A DNA stretch of 64,000 bases, from contig OZ024755.1 of NCBI GenBank assembly GCA_964016885.1, forward strand, positions 4,774,001-4,838,000, read 5' to 3'. The DNA comes from Eledone cirrhosa. Lineage: Eukaryota. The notes beneath the pieces were generated by a model, which saw only the letters and a list, made by a program, of their open reading frames with translations, was not told the DNA's origin and ran no database searches. This document shows, piece after piece, positions 24,214 through 36,320 of the stretch (position 1 is its first letter; every line of letters begins with the position of its first letter). Made by a program: the position numbers and the translations under genes.

Positions 24214-24432
24214 CCCTTTAGCATTTAAACCGGCCATATCCGACCAGAATTCTCTCATTACTTTCTGTTCAAATGGGCCATAACTGGCAACTCATACTGA
24301 TGTTAAGGTATTGTTCTCTACATTGATAATATCCAAATCTGATAGATTTGACATTATGTGAGATATTGTGTAAGATAAAGTCTTTACCGTGAAAATGCAA
24401 TAATATATATAGAACAATGTAAATGCTGTAGG
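24214..24432 (+). mobile_element. piggyBac-like MITE, family 1, decayed right end
   Basis: TTAA-ccctttagcatttaaaccggccatatcc..., homologous to 39399-39614. Confidence 0.8.
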
Positions 24433-24684
24433 TACATGAGATGAAGAGATCAAACCTTTCACTCCTCTTTTGATAATAGTTGTAAGGTTTAATATTGTAA
24501 GAGCAGGGGATCAAGTGATCAATAGATCAAACCTTACAACCGCTACAGTTGTAGATATTATAATAGCTATAGAAATAAGCTGAATGAATCTTGGTTGGTT
24601 TTTATAGTAAGTGTACCAGTTGTTTGACCAACAGAACAGTTTACTCAGTAATTTAATGAGTAAGTGGCTGAGCATTCCACAGGC

Positions 24685-25275
24685 ATGTAGTGTGCAAGAG
24701 AGAAGACAGCACTGGTGTGCACATGTGATGTGCTGTGTATAAGAGGAATCAGATGTAGTGTGTAAGAGAGAAGACTGCACTGGTATAGACATGTGATGTG
24801 CTGGGTATAAGAGGAATCAGATGTAGTGTGTAAGAGAGAAGACTGCACTGGTATAGACATGTGATGTGCTGGGTATAAGAGGAATCAGATGTAGTGTGTA
24901 AGAGAGAAGACTGCTCTGGTATGGACATGTGATGTGCTGGGTATAAAAGAAATCAGATGTAGTGTGTAAGAGAGAAGACTGCTCTGGTATGGAGATGTGA
25001 TGTGCTGTGTATAAGAGGAATCAGATGTAGTGTGTAAGAGAGAAGACTGCACTGGTATAGACATGTGATGTGCTGTGTATAAGAGAAATCAGATGTAGTG
25101 TGTAAGAGAGAAGACTGCACTGGTATAGACATGTGATGTGCTGTGTATAAGAGGAATCAGATGTAGTGTGTAAGAGAGAAGACTGCTCTGGTATGGACAT
25201 GTGATGTGCTGTGTATAAGAGGAATCAGATGTAGTGTGTAAGAGAGAAGACTGCTCTGGTATGGAGATGTGACGC
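24685..25275 (+). repeat. 68-bp minisatellite x9 derived from RTE coding sequence
   Basis: Unit starts at 24751, 24819, 24887, 24955, 25023, 25091, 25159 and 25227; it reads GIRGIRCSV*ERRLHWY(G/R)HVM. Confidence 0.95.
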
Positions 25276-25508
25276 ATATGGATGAGGAAAACTAGATGAA
25301 TAAGTACCAGGTGATAGCAGTGGAAGGAAGCTGCAGTAGAGGAGGACCACGAGAAACCTGGGTGGAGGTTGTGAGAGACGATCTCAAAATGCTGATCCTC
25401 AGAGGAGATGACAAAGGAAAGCTGTGAGAGGAGTGAGGTTGCACTGTAGAATGCCCATCCAACCCATGCTAGCATGGGAAAGCAGGCGTAAAATGATGAT
25501 GATGATGA
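25227..25508 (+). mobile_element. RTE LINE 3' end, continuing from the last repeat unit
   Basis: Reads RGGPRETWVEVVRDDLKML; tail aacccatgctagcatgggaaagcaggcgtaaaatgatgatgatg. Confidence 0.85.
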
Positions 25509-25743
25509 ATAGATACCACATGTATTTTTGTATCATGTATGTTAACATTTGTCGAGTTAACTTATTGTCAAATGGAACATTAAGAAATTTGAATAAAAGA
25601 ATATTTAATATTCTGAATATAATGAAAAACTGTAATGTACAAAAGTCACTTTTTTTACTGCTTCTTCAAGGACATTTAAAAAAAGGGCTTTCATATAACA
25701 ACCACCTTCAGTCTGCCTCACTCTTTCTGTTTTAATCTTTCGT

Positions 25744-25779
<36 letters not shown>

Positions 25780-26149
25780 CCACCATTTTTATGTCCATTT
25801 TTCCAAGCTAACATGGGCTGTATGCTATAAAACTACCCATCTTAGTTCATATTTAAACTAAACATATTTTACCATATTTCAGCAAAATATCACATTTCTC
25901 TTCAACATTGAACGAATATGATATTTCTTTGTATAACAATTACATTCTAAAAAAGTCATTTTAGTTATTTGAAATTCACCAAACCTATTATATTCACTCT
26001 TCATTTATTTTGTTGTGTCAAAATGTTCATTGTCCTCCCAGCAACCAGGTCACTGATACAATTCTGCAGCAAATGTTTTCAAGCCTAATTATTGGATAGT
26101 TTTAATTGGCTTCACGTTTTTTTCTCTCTCTACTTGTTGACCTGATATA

Positions 26150-26640
26150 TATAGTGTTTGAGACACGTTGGCTGAGAGCTTATGACAGGGGCGGAACTAT
26201 TTGAATTTTGTCTCCTGCCATCGCGTAAATTTCTGAACCAGTAACCAATCGTTGGACGGCATTGTGATGCCACATAGGGATTTCAGTTGCTAATGTTTTA
26301 CTGTGTTGGCCATTACATTCAATCATAGCCGGCACGGACTGGAATCGAATTCTGTCAATCAATTGGTTATTGATTAGGTGAAACCTGCTGATGAAGCCAC
26401 ATGTGCCGATTGTGCATTGTTGCATAATAAATGTAGACAGTGGATGCTGTGCACTCTATTGCGGCATTAAGTGTGGCAGATACTCAAGTTCGGGTAGAGA
26501 TTGAAGGTACCCATTTACGTGTGTTGTATTGAAGTAAATAACTGTGTCTACTCTGGGAGTTTACTTAACATTACCTATTGAGTACACTGAGATGCAACCG
26601 GTACTAGCAGTGAAACCCATGCTAGTCTTGTCAACTTATT
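26150..26640. other. CpG-richer ~490-bp insertion between (TA)n tracts, unclassified mobile-element remnant
   Basis: Compositional break with TA flanks; contains ctgatgaagcc and an aataaa signal. Confidence 0.35.
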
Positions 26641-26699
26641 ATATTTATTATATATATATATATGTTGTAGTTTCCTTGAAGCATTGTATATAATATGTG

Positions 26700-26952
26700 A
26701 TGTGGAAAGTAATGAATGCTGAACAATGCAAAATGGTAAGATGAAGGAATCGAAAAAGTTAGTTACCTGGTAATCTTTTTTTTTTCTTTTGCTCTAATAT
26801 TTCGTCGAAGGGAATTTTAAGTCCCAAAATATTACGACAAAAGAAACAACAACAACAAAAAAAAAAAAGATTACCAGGTAAGTAACTTTTCCATTGTCTT
26901 CATCTTACCATTTTGTATTGTTTAACTTTCTTACATATATCACTTTCCACAT
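26700..26952. repeat. Fold-back inverted repeat (~105-125-bp arms)
   Basis: tgtggaaagt..aacaatgcaaaatggtaagatgaag..aaaagttagttacctggtaatctttttt is mirrored by aaaaaagattaccaggtaagtaactttt..cttcatcttaccattttgtattgtt..actttccaca. Confidence 0.9.
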
Positions 26953-27272
26953 TATATATATCATCATCATCATCAACATGTACTCTGTTTGTATTTTCTT
27001 ACATACAAATCTTATAATATTATTGAATAGGAATGGTCAAGGCAGTATGGATTCTCTTCAGCTAACTTCGTACACCAAAATTAAGTATACATATATTATA
27101 TATACATTATATATGCATATATATATAATACATATATATATAAAACATATAAATATTACATATATATATATCATATATACATATACATTATATAAATATA
27201 TATACATATATATATATGTGTGTGTATCAATATATGTGTGTGGGGTTTATTATAAATGTATGTTTGTGTGTG

Positions 27273-27309
<37 letters not shown>

Positions 27310-28039
27310 ATGCATGTTTGAAGGTGTGCATGCATGTGTGTATACATTAATAAATATGTAATGTTGCTCCCACCTGACTAGTTTGATGAGTCAGAGCCAC
27401 CTTTCTCTCATTTCAACTGAACTTTCATTATCCTACAACACTCTCCTCCTAATTAGCATTGTCATACTATTCCTCCATATTACATCTACTGCTGCTTTAC
27501 TTCCAAACTAACGAGCTGTAAAACAACAACAACAACATACCTAAAAGTAAAGGTGATTGCAGAGTAAGGCTAACTTTGTGTCAAAACATAAACATGAGTG
27601 TGGAAGGGGTGTCGGGGTCTGTGGTAGAGACATACTGCTTTGTAAAACCTTTTAGGAAAGAAAATATATAAAAAAGCACCCTCTTCCCTTCCAATAATGA
27701 ATGATGACTCAAATCCACTGAGCTGTGGTTATCTGATAAATAAAAAAAAGGTAAGAAGAGAAAATCAATGAAATAAAGGATTATTTGGCTACAGGTAGTT
27801 AATAAAAGGATGTACCTGTAAACCTTATTTTATTATTTTTTTGCTTAAAAAAAAAATACTTTAAGAACCTTCCTTCAAAACATATTTTTTAATTGTTATT
27901 TTAGGAATTGATTTTTTGTTTCATATTTTAATTAAGGCATTTTCCTAATTAAGTTGATAGTTTATCAACAAACAGAGCTGAACTACTTTAATAATTAGTT
28001 CTGAATAGTGTACTAGTTACGTCTGACTGATTGCCTCAT

Positions 28040-28503
28040 CTGGGCTGGTATGGTATAATAGAAGGGAGTAGTATCTTTACTATAGAAGACCTGTCTGGTC
28101 TGGTATGATCTGGTATTTGGAATGATCTAGTCTGCTCTAATATGACAGAAGGGAGTATCTGTACTGTAGAAGAGCTATCTGGCATGATCTGGTTTGGTCT
28201 GGTCTAATGACAGAAGGGAGTATCTGTACTGTAGAAGAGCTATCTGGCATGATCTGGTTTGGTCTGGTCTAATGACAGAAGGGAGTATCTGTACTGTAGA
28301 AGAGCTATCTGGCATGATCTGGTTTGGTCTGGTCTAATGACAGAAGGGAGTATCTGTACTGTAGAAGAGCTATCTGGCATGATCTGGTCTGGTCTGGTCT
28401 AATGACAGAAGGGAGTATCTGTACTGTAGAAGAGCTATCTGGCATGATCTGGTCTGGTCTGGTATGGTATGATAGAAAAGAGTGTCTGTACTGTAGAAGA
28501 CTT
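28040..28503. repeat. 65-bp minisatellite x~7
   Basis: Unit aatgacagaagggagtatctgtactgtagaagagctatctggcatgatctggtttggtctggtct, starting at 28206, 28271, 28336 and 28401. Confidence 0.95.
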
Positions 28504-29247
28504 GTTTTATATTCAATTCAGAGCACTGCTATAAGTAGTCTTCAACATTGATCTATCAGTCCCAGTTAATATGCAACAGGCGTTCAATCAATATATACTT
28601 ACTCCTCTTTCTGCTCCCACTCCTCCCAATATCCATGTTAGGCATCAATATCCCTATTTATAGTGGAGCTAGTTCAGTGAAAACATTAGTTAGAATAACA
28701 GCAACAACAAAAATAATAATAATATATATATATATTTGCAAAATAGATTGTTGTTGTTGTTGTTGTTGCTTATCAGGAATTCATTATAGAATTGGTGTCA
28801 AGTTCTTTAGAATGTTGATCAAGTGTTTTAGAAAACATTCTAAAAAAAAATCATATTAATCCCAGACAAAAATAATAAGAATCTACTATTTGGTAGACTT
28901 GCTGAGATCAATGATTTAAGCCTTAGATCAAATAGTCCATTGACAGTTTCTCTTCTTCTTTTGTTAGATACTACGTTACCATAGCAATGGATCAATCATA
29001 GCAAGCCCACTTAATTCTCAATCATGGCTCTTCCTATAATATTCTCATATTCTCCTTGCCTATATTTGAACTGTTACTTCTATATCCATTCCTTACATCT
29101 TCTGGTCTCCAGTCAATTCCATTACATTCTTAAAGTCCCCTGGCTTTTTTTTTTGGGGGGGGGGGGGTACTTTTCAAATATTTCATTAAAACTAAAGCAA
29201 AAAAGAAAAATATCAATTTTACAGAACTACCTACTATACTACAGCTA

Positions 29248-29526
29248 ATGTTGCTACTGCTACTATTGCTACTACTACTACTGCTACTAACTCTATTTTT
29301 TTTTATCCCACTGCTCTACTACTGCAACTGCTGCTGTCGTTGCTGCTACACATCTATTATTAGGGCTGTAACTAAACCACAAACATTTCTGCTCCTGCTG
29401 ATACTACTACTAGTGCTGCTCTTGCTACTACTACTACTACTACTAATACTGCTCTTGCTACTACTACTACTACTAATGCTGCTCTTGCTACTACTACTAC
29501 TACTACTACTACTACTAATGCTGCTG

Positions 29527-29558
<32 letters not shown>

Positions 29559-29565
29559 GCTGCTA
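29248..29565. repeat. (CTA/CTG)n trinucleotide tracts
   Basis: Direct inspection; source of the poly-Leu ORF. Confidence 0.9.
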
Positions 29566-29606
29566 TTTTGTTACAATCCTTTATTTCCCCCATCTATTTA
29601 TTTCAT

Positions 29607-29975
29607 TTAACCCTTTTGTTATCATATTTCTAATTAAAAGACGCTGCCCCCTATGATTTTCAAATAATTTTGACAATAACCAAGAATTTGGAGGAATTTA
29701 CTAATATAACTAAACTTTCGCATTATTAATCTGGTATTTGGAGCATAACTTAACAAAGGTTTTCACATAAAATTATATGATAATAATAATAATGAAAATT
29801 ATTGTGTACAGTGCTCAGGTGCACTACAACTCATCAAAGGTGTATGTATAGTACATAGAATAATGTACAAAAGTCAAGTATGATGGAAGGTCTTTTAGAT
29901 ATATATATATATATACATTTTAAAATAAAAGCCTTTGTTATAAAACTAGGGGTGGTTCGATATTTAAAGGGTTAA
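29607..29975. mobile_element. piggyBac-like MITE, family 2, with inserted fragments
   Basis: ttaacccttt...aaagggttaa; internal similarity to 2720-2986. Confidence 0.6.
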
Positions 29976-29985
29976 TGTACTTATA

Positions 29986-30200
29986 ATGGTTTCTCATTTA
30001 GACACAAGGCCAACAATTTTGGGGAGAGGAAAGTCAATTAAATGAACCCAGTGCGTTACTGGTACTTTATTTTATCGACCTCGTAAGGCTGAAAAACAAA
30101 GCTAACCTACCCAGGGATTTGAACTCAGAACATAAGGGTACATAATTATATGTCGCAAACGATGTTGTCCGACGCTCTACCGAGACTGCTAATCCACCAT
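29986..30200 (-). mobile_element. tRNA-derived SINE (main family)
   Basis: Complete set of family motifs in reverse complement. Confidence 0.9.
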
Positions 30201-30302
30201 CCTTAATGTATCATATTTATGATGAAAGGACACAAGAGCCATGAGCAATGTCCAATAGCTTTGCAGGTTGATACTTATAGGAAAGTTATGGCCCTGGATG
30301 GA

Positions 30303-30612
30303 CGACTTCTCCCACTTATTCCTGAGAGGGTCGTGTAGGGGGGCAGAGTCCTCAAACCCTCCTTCCAGCAGGTCCTGTCAGAAGCAACCGTCTTCAACTG
30401 ATCCGGCTGGATCTCCAAGTGAGACCAGCCAAGCTGATGGATGTTATCCAACTATCTTGCTTGAGGTCTACCCCTGGGTTTCCTGTAAAATCTGACCAGT
30501 GATTCTTTACTGAGACATTCTAACCACGTGCCTGTAGTATCGGAGCTGTGATCTCTCAATTTGGAGAAGTAGCGGCTCTACCTGGAGTGACTCTCTGATC
30601 TCTGAGCTACGC
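30303..30612 (-). mobile_element. RTE-clade LINE 3' end, (GAA)n-tail subfamily
   Basis: The minus strand reads RSSEIRESLQVEPLLLQIERSQLRYYRHVVRMS; homologous copies at 33795-33975, 35860-35970, 55180-55450 and 59250-59380. Confidence 0.85.
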
Positions 30613-31432
30613 AATTTATCGAGTAACATAACTCCAAAGGTTATAATTTGGAGAAAGAAAAATTAAGTAAAGAATTTAGTGTTGAGTTTGTTTGGTGAGA
30701 GAGTAAGAATTATCAGACAGAAGGGAGTTTGGAGCACAGATGGTATATAGTTGGGGGGAGGAGGACAAGTGATTGCAGTAGTTGTAGAAGAGATAATAGA
30801 GAATTGAGAAAGCAATGTCTGTGTCTGTGTGGGTGTGTGAAGAAAGTGTGAGAGTGTGTGAGTCTATATGTGTTATGTGCGTGAGTGTGTGTATGTGTGT
30901 GTGCATGTGTATATGTACAAGCCAGTTGTAAAATATTAATATTATTCTTTGTCAATCAGTCAGATAGAGGCTGTTGGTGGTGGTGATTATGGTGGTGGTG
31001 GTGGTGGACAGTGATGATTGTGGTGGTGGTGGTGACAGTGGTGATTGTGGTGGTGGTGATTGTGGTGGCGGTAGTGGTGACAACACTTAATTGTAATAAT
31101 GAATTAACAGAAATGAGAAGAGATTGGCTCAAATATGTCCTATATAATTTCACTCCTCTTGTGTTCTGAGTTCAAATTATGTTGGTGTCTCTTTTGCCTT
31201 ACATTCTGCCAGAATAATACATATTACTAATATGTGAGGGTTAACTACTTTAAAAAGGTTTCACTTTTCATAGTTAGGTGGAATCGTTTTCAATTTATAA
31301 CTTTATCAAACCTTAACACCCTTTAGCAGAAAATATGTAAAACCAGGTTTCTTAATTCAAATGTTTATAGTAACTTTATTAGAGGAGAGATTGTTGTGAA
31401 AATTTGCATTATTATAGTATTCATAGAATTCA

Positions 31433-31483
<51 letters not shown>

Positions 31484-31496
31484 TACAGACACACAT

Positions 31497-31965
31497 GGTC
31501 AGCCTATCTTAAACTCCTCTAGAGAAGTAAAATAAGCAGGAACAGGCTGAGGACAGAGCCCTGATGAACACTCACCTGCACATTGAATTCCTTACTAAAC
31601 ACATCATAAACCTCCTTTTACTGGCAACACCTCAGTACATGACCTGCACTGCTCTCACAGGCCATTCATTTACACCCAGTTTTAAGGCCAACCAAACAAT
31701 AGTTTCTTTGTACTTTGTCAAAAGCTTTTTCCAGACCAACAAAAGACAGGTATAGTGACTTACATACTTAGCTAGGAACTTCTCGTTTAGTTGTCTCACT
31801 AAAAGTGGGTTTTTGTGATGTTCTTCCTGGCACAAAACCAAACTGCATCACATGTAATTTGACTCTTTCCATAATTAGTTATGCTAAAACTCTTTCTGTC
31901 ACTTTTATAATTTATCCATTAATTTTATTCCTCTGCAGTTGGTTCTTTCTAGAGCACCACATTTC
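31497..31965 (-). pseudogene. RTE-type reverse transcriptase core fragment (stops and frameshifts)
   Basis: Minus-strand motifs RGIKLMD, MQFGFVPGR, LVRQLNEKFLAK, LEKAFDKV and VHQGSVLS. Confidence 0.85.
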
Positions 31966-32210
31966 CACTCATAATGATTACACTGCTGCACCAGACATTG
32001 TTAAGTCATTTTACATCATAGAAGTCTTGAAGCCCTGATCCTTCTTCATTTTTATATTGTATTGTTCCAATTGAAATCATGTTTTATCTCTATTTATTAA
32101 ATATAATTTAACCGTACCTTTATTTGTTCTGTCTTTGTAGGTAAGATGATCCCTTTCCAATATATTTCTCTAGAAAGACACATGAATGCTCTCATAGAAC
32201 TGTCAATGAA

Positions 32211-32316
<106 letters not shown>

Positions 32317-33214
32317 TTGTAAGTTACACATTTTATTGGTAAGTTGTATCTGGTAAGTTCTTTGATTTAAATCATTAACATTTCTCTTACATCTTCATTA
32401 TAACCTCTCCTGAGCACTTGATGGAATGTGAGACCACGCTTAAGTAAGACACAGAACACCCTGGCCTGCCTTGGAGATCAGTGGCTCCACTTCAGTACTG
32501 ACTTGGTCTATATGGACCTGTCCAACCCTGGCTAGCAGGGAAAGCCGTCATTAAAACGAAGTTGGTGATGATAATAAGGATATATATTTTTATATGTAAA
32601 TATGTCGAAATGGCCGGAGCTCAGCCATCGGGGTCCTGACTCTTTTCCTATATATATATATATATATATATAGAAGTAGTAACACAACAGTTAGTTCACC
32701 ATACTGAGAAATATATATATATCTATATATATTTACATTTACTGAAGTTAGCAAGCCACTTTTTCAATTCAGTTTCACTTAACCATGTTATGAAATACTT
32801 TTGCTGTGATCAACAACAAAGTAATCCATATTTGACTACTTGTCACTTGTAACAGGACAATGCTGTTCCTAAACACACACACTTTCTAGAGTATGTCATC
32901 CAAAAGCAAACCATTCAACTAGATAGCAAAGATTTAATCAGTAACATTCTTTGATCTTAATTCACAATATATTGTTTCTTCATTCTGTCTTTTCTACCAT
33001 TACAACAAAGATCTTTTCACCTCTGATCTGTTCAACTATGTAGGTAACTGCATAATCTCTTCACCTCACCTCTTCTTACTCTCACTTTTACTGTGTTTTA
33101 CTTATCAAACCCTACAATAAACAATCTACTTAATAATTCATTCCCATAACTGTAACCCTTTGAAATTTATTCTCAGCTTATGTTAACCTACAGATGTTCA
33201 AGATGAACACAAAC

Positions 33215-33345
33215 TACCATATATATACTTGAATATAAGCCACCATATATATATATATATACTCGAATATAAGTCACCCTCCCCCACTCTATTTTATGTC
33301 TGAGAAATGAGCAAAAATCCAAACCCTGTTTATAAGCCGAGGTAG
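33215..33345 (+). mobile_element. Tc1/mariner-pogo-like terminal remnant
   Basis: taccatatatatacttgaatataagcc...tactcgaatataagtc...tataagccgagg resembles a CCGTATATACTCGAGTATAAGCC-type TIR. Confidence 0.55.
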
Positions 33346-33794
33346 CTAATCAATGTATAATGTTTAGAAAATGGAAAATATATTTATGAAGTTTTAATAT
33401 TTTGATATCTAAAATGTTTTAAGTGTCATTTAGAGTATAGTTTTTGTTTCACAATTTCATTATGTAATGATTTTTTTTACCAACTTTCTGACTGTTTTGA
33501 AAGCTAAGATATTTCTTCAAATCCTCTTTTGAAAGGAGTTACATAGTTTATGCAATAAATTTTATCATTTTTGAGTATTCAAATCTCTTTAGGATATATT
33601 TTACTTTGTAAAGTTTTCTAGATCTTTCCATGTTGAGTGTTTTTCCTACTTTCAACCAGAACTAGTCATCTAATCCCTGAATTATTTGATTTTTTTAAAT
33701 GGATAAACTCTTTTGCAAGACCTGTCTGAATTTATATTTGGTAAAATATGAATTATCTATTTATCATAAAAAGGAATGGCAAAACACTCCCTAG

Positions 33795-33975
33795 TTGTTT
33801 TTCCTGAGAATTGGTTGGATAACATCCATGAGCTCGGTTAGTCTCGCTTGGGGTTCCAGCTGGGTAAATTGGAGATGGTTGTTTCTGACAGGATTTTCTG
33901 GAAGGAGTGTTTGAGGACTCTGCTCCCATGACCCTCTCAGGAATAAGTGGGAGAAGAAGAAGAAAAAGAAGGGAG
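33795..33975 (+). mobile_element. RTE-clade LINE 3' end, (GAA)n tail
   Basis: Reverse complement of 30303-30460; ends ggaataagtgggagaagaagaag. Confidence 0.8.
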
Positions 33976-34369
33976 GAGGAGGGAGAAAGACTGGTAAAAC
34001 AACAATCTTCAGTCTGTTCGTAAAGGCATTTGTTTCAAAGAAAAAAAAAAAACATCTGATTTTAATTAGGCAGCAAAATAAAAGAAAAAATGTCCCCATT
34101 AAAAGAGGTCAGGAAGAAAATTTTCATTGGCAGAGAAAAATTCTTTGATAAAGATCCAAGGAAACAAATATTTTAAGCAACACTCCAAAGAGAAATCTTA
34201 CATCTCCAGATGTATTTTTTGTCTCGTTTCTTATATCTCATATATCTTCTAACTAAAATATTTCCAACTCTGTTATATCATGATTTTTATTGATTTCTAA
34301 CAAAGAAATATCTCCAGCTGATATATTTATTGAATTATGCTGTTATCAGTTAACATTACTGCTGAGAGT

Positions 34370-34500
34370 GAGTACCAGTAGTAGCTGGGGAGTTAATCCT
34401 GTGATAGACTAGCATCCTGTCCAGGAAGAGTCATGTACTTCTCAGTGGCTTAACACCAAGGAAACCAGGGATAAGCACCAGCCTGATAAACCTTCAGCTT
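34370..34500 (+). mobile_element. SINE family 2, 3' half
   Basis: gagttaatcctgtgatagactagcatcc...gaaaccagggataagcaccagcctgat, as at 41870-41970. Confidence 0.75.
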
Positions 34501-34552
34501 TAACTTAACATTAACTGTTACAGAGAAATTAACCTAAAAATAAAATTGTGTA

Positions 34553-34584
<32 letters not shown>

Positions 34585-34862
34585 CATATATATAATCGGT
34601 TCCCGTCCCACCCTTGCAAGCAGGGGAAAGCGGACGTAAAATGAAATGAATATATACACACACACACACGAAGCTGTTCAAAGAACTGTTACAATCTTGA
34701 CAGTAGACTAGGAAGCAGATATTTTCCAAGACTTACCAATCAATTACTATTTTCACTTCCTGGTTCCTGAATATTCTATTTTAAACCATGGAATCAATCT
34801 TCATTTCATTTTATGCTAAATAGATATTTATTACATCCAATTTTCTGTACTTACATGAGTAG

Positions 34863-34886
34863 AGTTGTTGTTGTTGCTGCTGTTAT

Positions 34887-34920
<34 letters not shown>

Positions 34921-34978
34921 TTTGATGTTGCTGTTATTACTGTTGCTGTTGTTGGTGGTGGTGTGGTTGTTGTTGTTT
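34863..34978. repeat. (TTG/CTG)n tract
   Basis: Direct inspection. Confidence 0.9.
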
Positions 34979-35024
34979 AACTGCAGGTCATATAAATTAC
35001 AGTCTTCTTTCAAAACAAACCATA

Positions 35025-35343
35025 TTGCTTTATTTTATCGACCTCATAAGGCAAAGCTAACTTTGGCGGGATTTGAACTCAGAACGTAAAGGGATGTAAC
35101 TCTATGCCTCAAAGCATGATGTCCGACGCTCTGCCAATCCACCACCCTTAATAATAATTGTTTCTACTTTTGGCACAAGGCCAGCAATTATATCAGTGTA
35201 TTACTGGTACTTTATTTTATCGACCCCAGAAGGATGAAAGGCAAAGTTAACCTCGACGGGATTTGAACTCAGACCGTAAAGGGATGTAACTATGCTAGAA
35301 AGCATGGCATCCGACCCTCTACCGATATTGCCAATCCACCACC
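35025..35343 (-). mobile_element. Two tandem SINE copies (main family)
   Basis: A partial copy at 35025-35147 and a full copy at 35157-35343. Confidence 0.9.
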
Positions 35344-35344
35344 T

Positions 35345-35383
<39 letters not shown>

Positions 35384-36089
35384 CAAATATATGATAAATA
35401 AATAAAATAAAACAATTTCCCATTCTAAGGGAGTGTAAATAGTAAACAACTTCCATATTTACAGTACAGGTAGACTCCATCTGAGATTGTTGTGGTTCTT
35501 TATTTATAGCTGAGAGTGGAATTACTTTAACTAGATTCTATCTCTGAAAGTTCTCTTACCCCGTGCCAGTTCTGTTACTTAATCTCATCAATATGTTTTT
35601 ATTTATTTCACTATTTTAGTTTTATTTTATTTTCATTTCTTTTATTTTTCTTTCTTGTTAATAAAAGAAAGTTTTGTTTTTTTGGGCACACTGTCAAAAT
35701 GTAACTAGATTTTATTTTTCTGATTTTATATATTTATATATTGTTTATTTCTTTCGTTGTAAAACTGAAGGATAACTGTTGCTGTGAATAGATTATAGAA
35801 TTATAGATATATTTCTTACTGAGTGATTATATAAAACAGATTTACAATTATATAAAGGTATCCTGCTGGATCAGTTGGAAATGGTTGTTTCTGACAGGAC
35901 CCACTGGAAAGAGTGTTTGAGGACTCTGTCTCCTTCATGGACCTCTCAAGAATAAGTGGGTGAAGAAGATGTAAAGACTGTTGATATATTACAATGTCAA
36001 TATTTTACTATGGCAAATTAAATGACTATTTTTTGGCTGATTGTTTTTAAGGACATAATTTTCAGAGAACCATATTTCCCAGTATATTT

Positions 36090-36320
36090 GTGTCACGATA
36101 AAAAGCACCCAGTCCACACTGTAAAGTGGACATGTAGGTGTCATGACTAGAAGCACCCAGTCCACTCTGTAAATTGGACATGTTAGTGTCATGACTAGAA
36201 GCACCCAGTCCACTCTGTAAAGTGGACATATTAGCGTCATGACTAGAAGCACCCAGTCCACTCTGTAAATTGGACATATTAGTGTCATGACTAGAAGCAC
36301 CCAGTCCACTCTGTAAATAT
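36090..36320 (+). repeat. 48-bp minisatellite x~5 derived from the RTE 3'UTR motif
   Basis: Unit gtcatgactagaagcacccagtccactctgtaaattggacatgttagt; the first unit, gtcacgataaaaagcacccagtccacactgtaaagtgg, matches 13940-13970 and 38142-38180. Confidence 0.9.
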
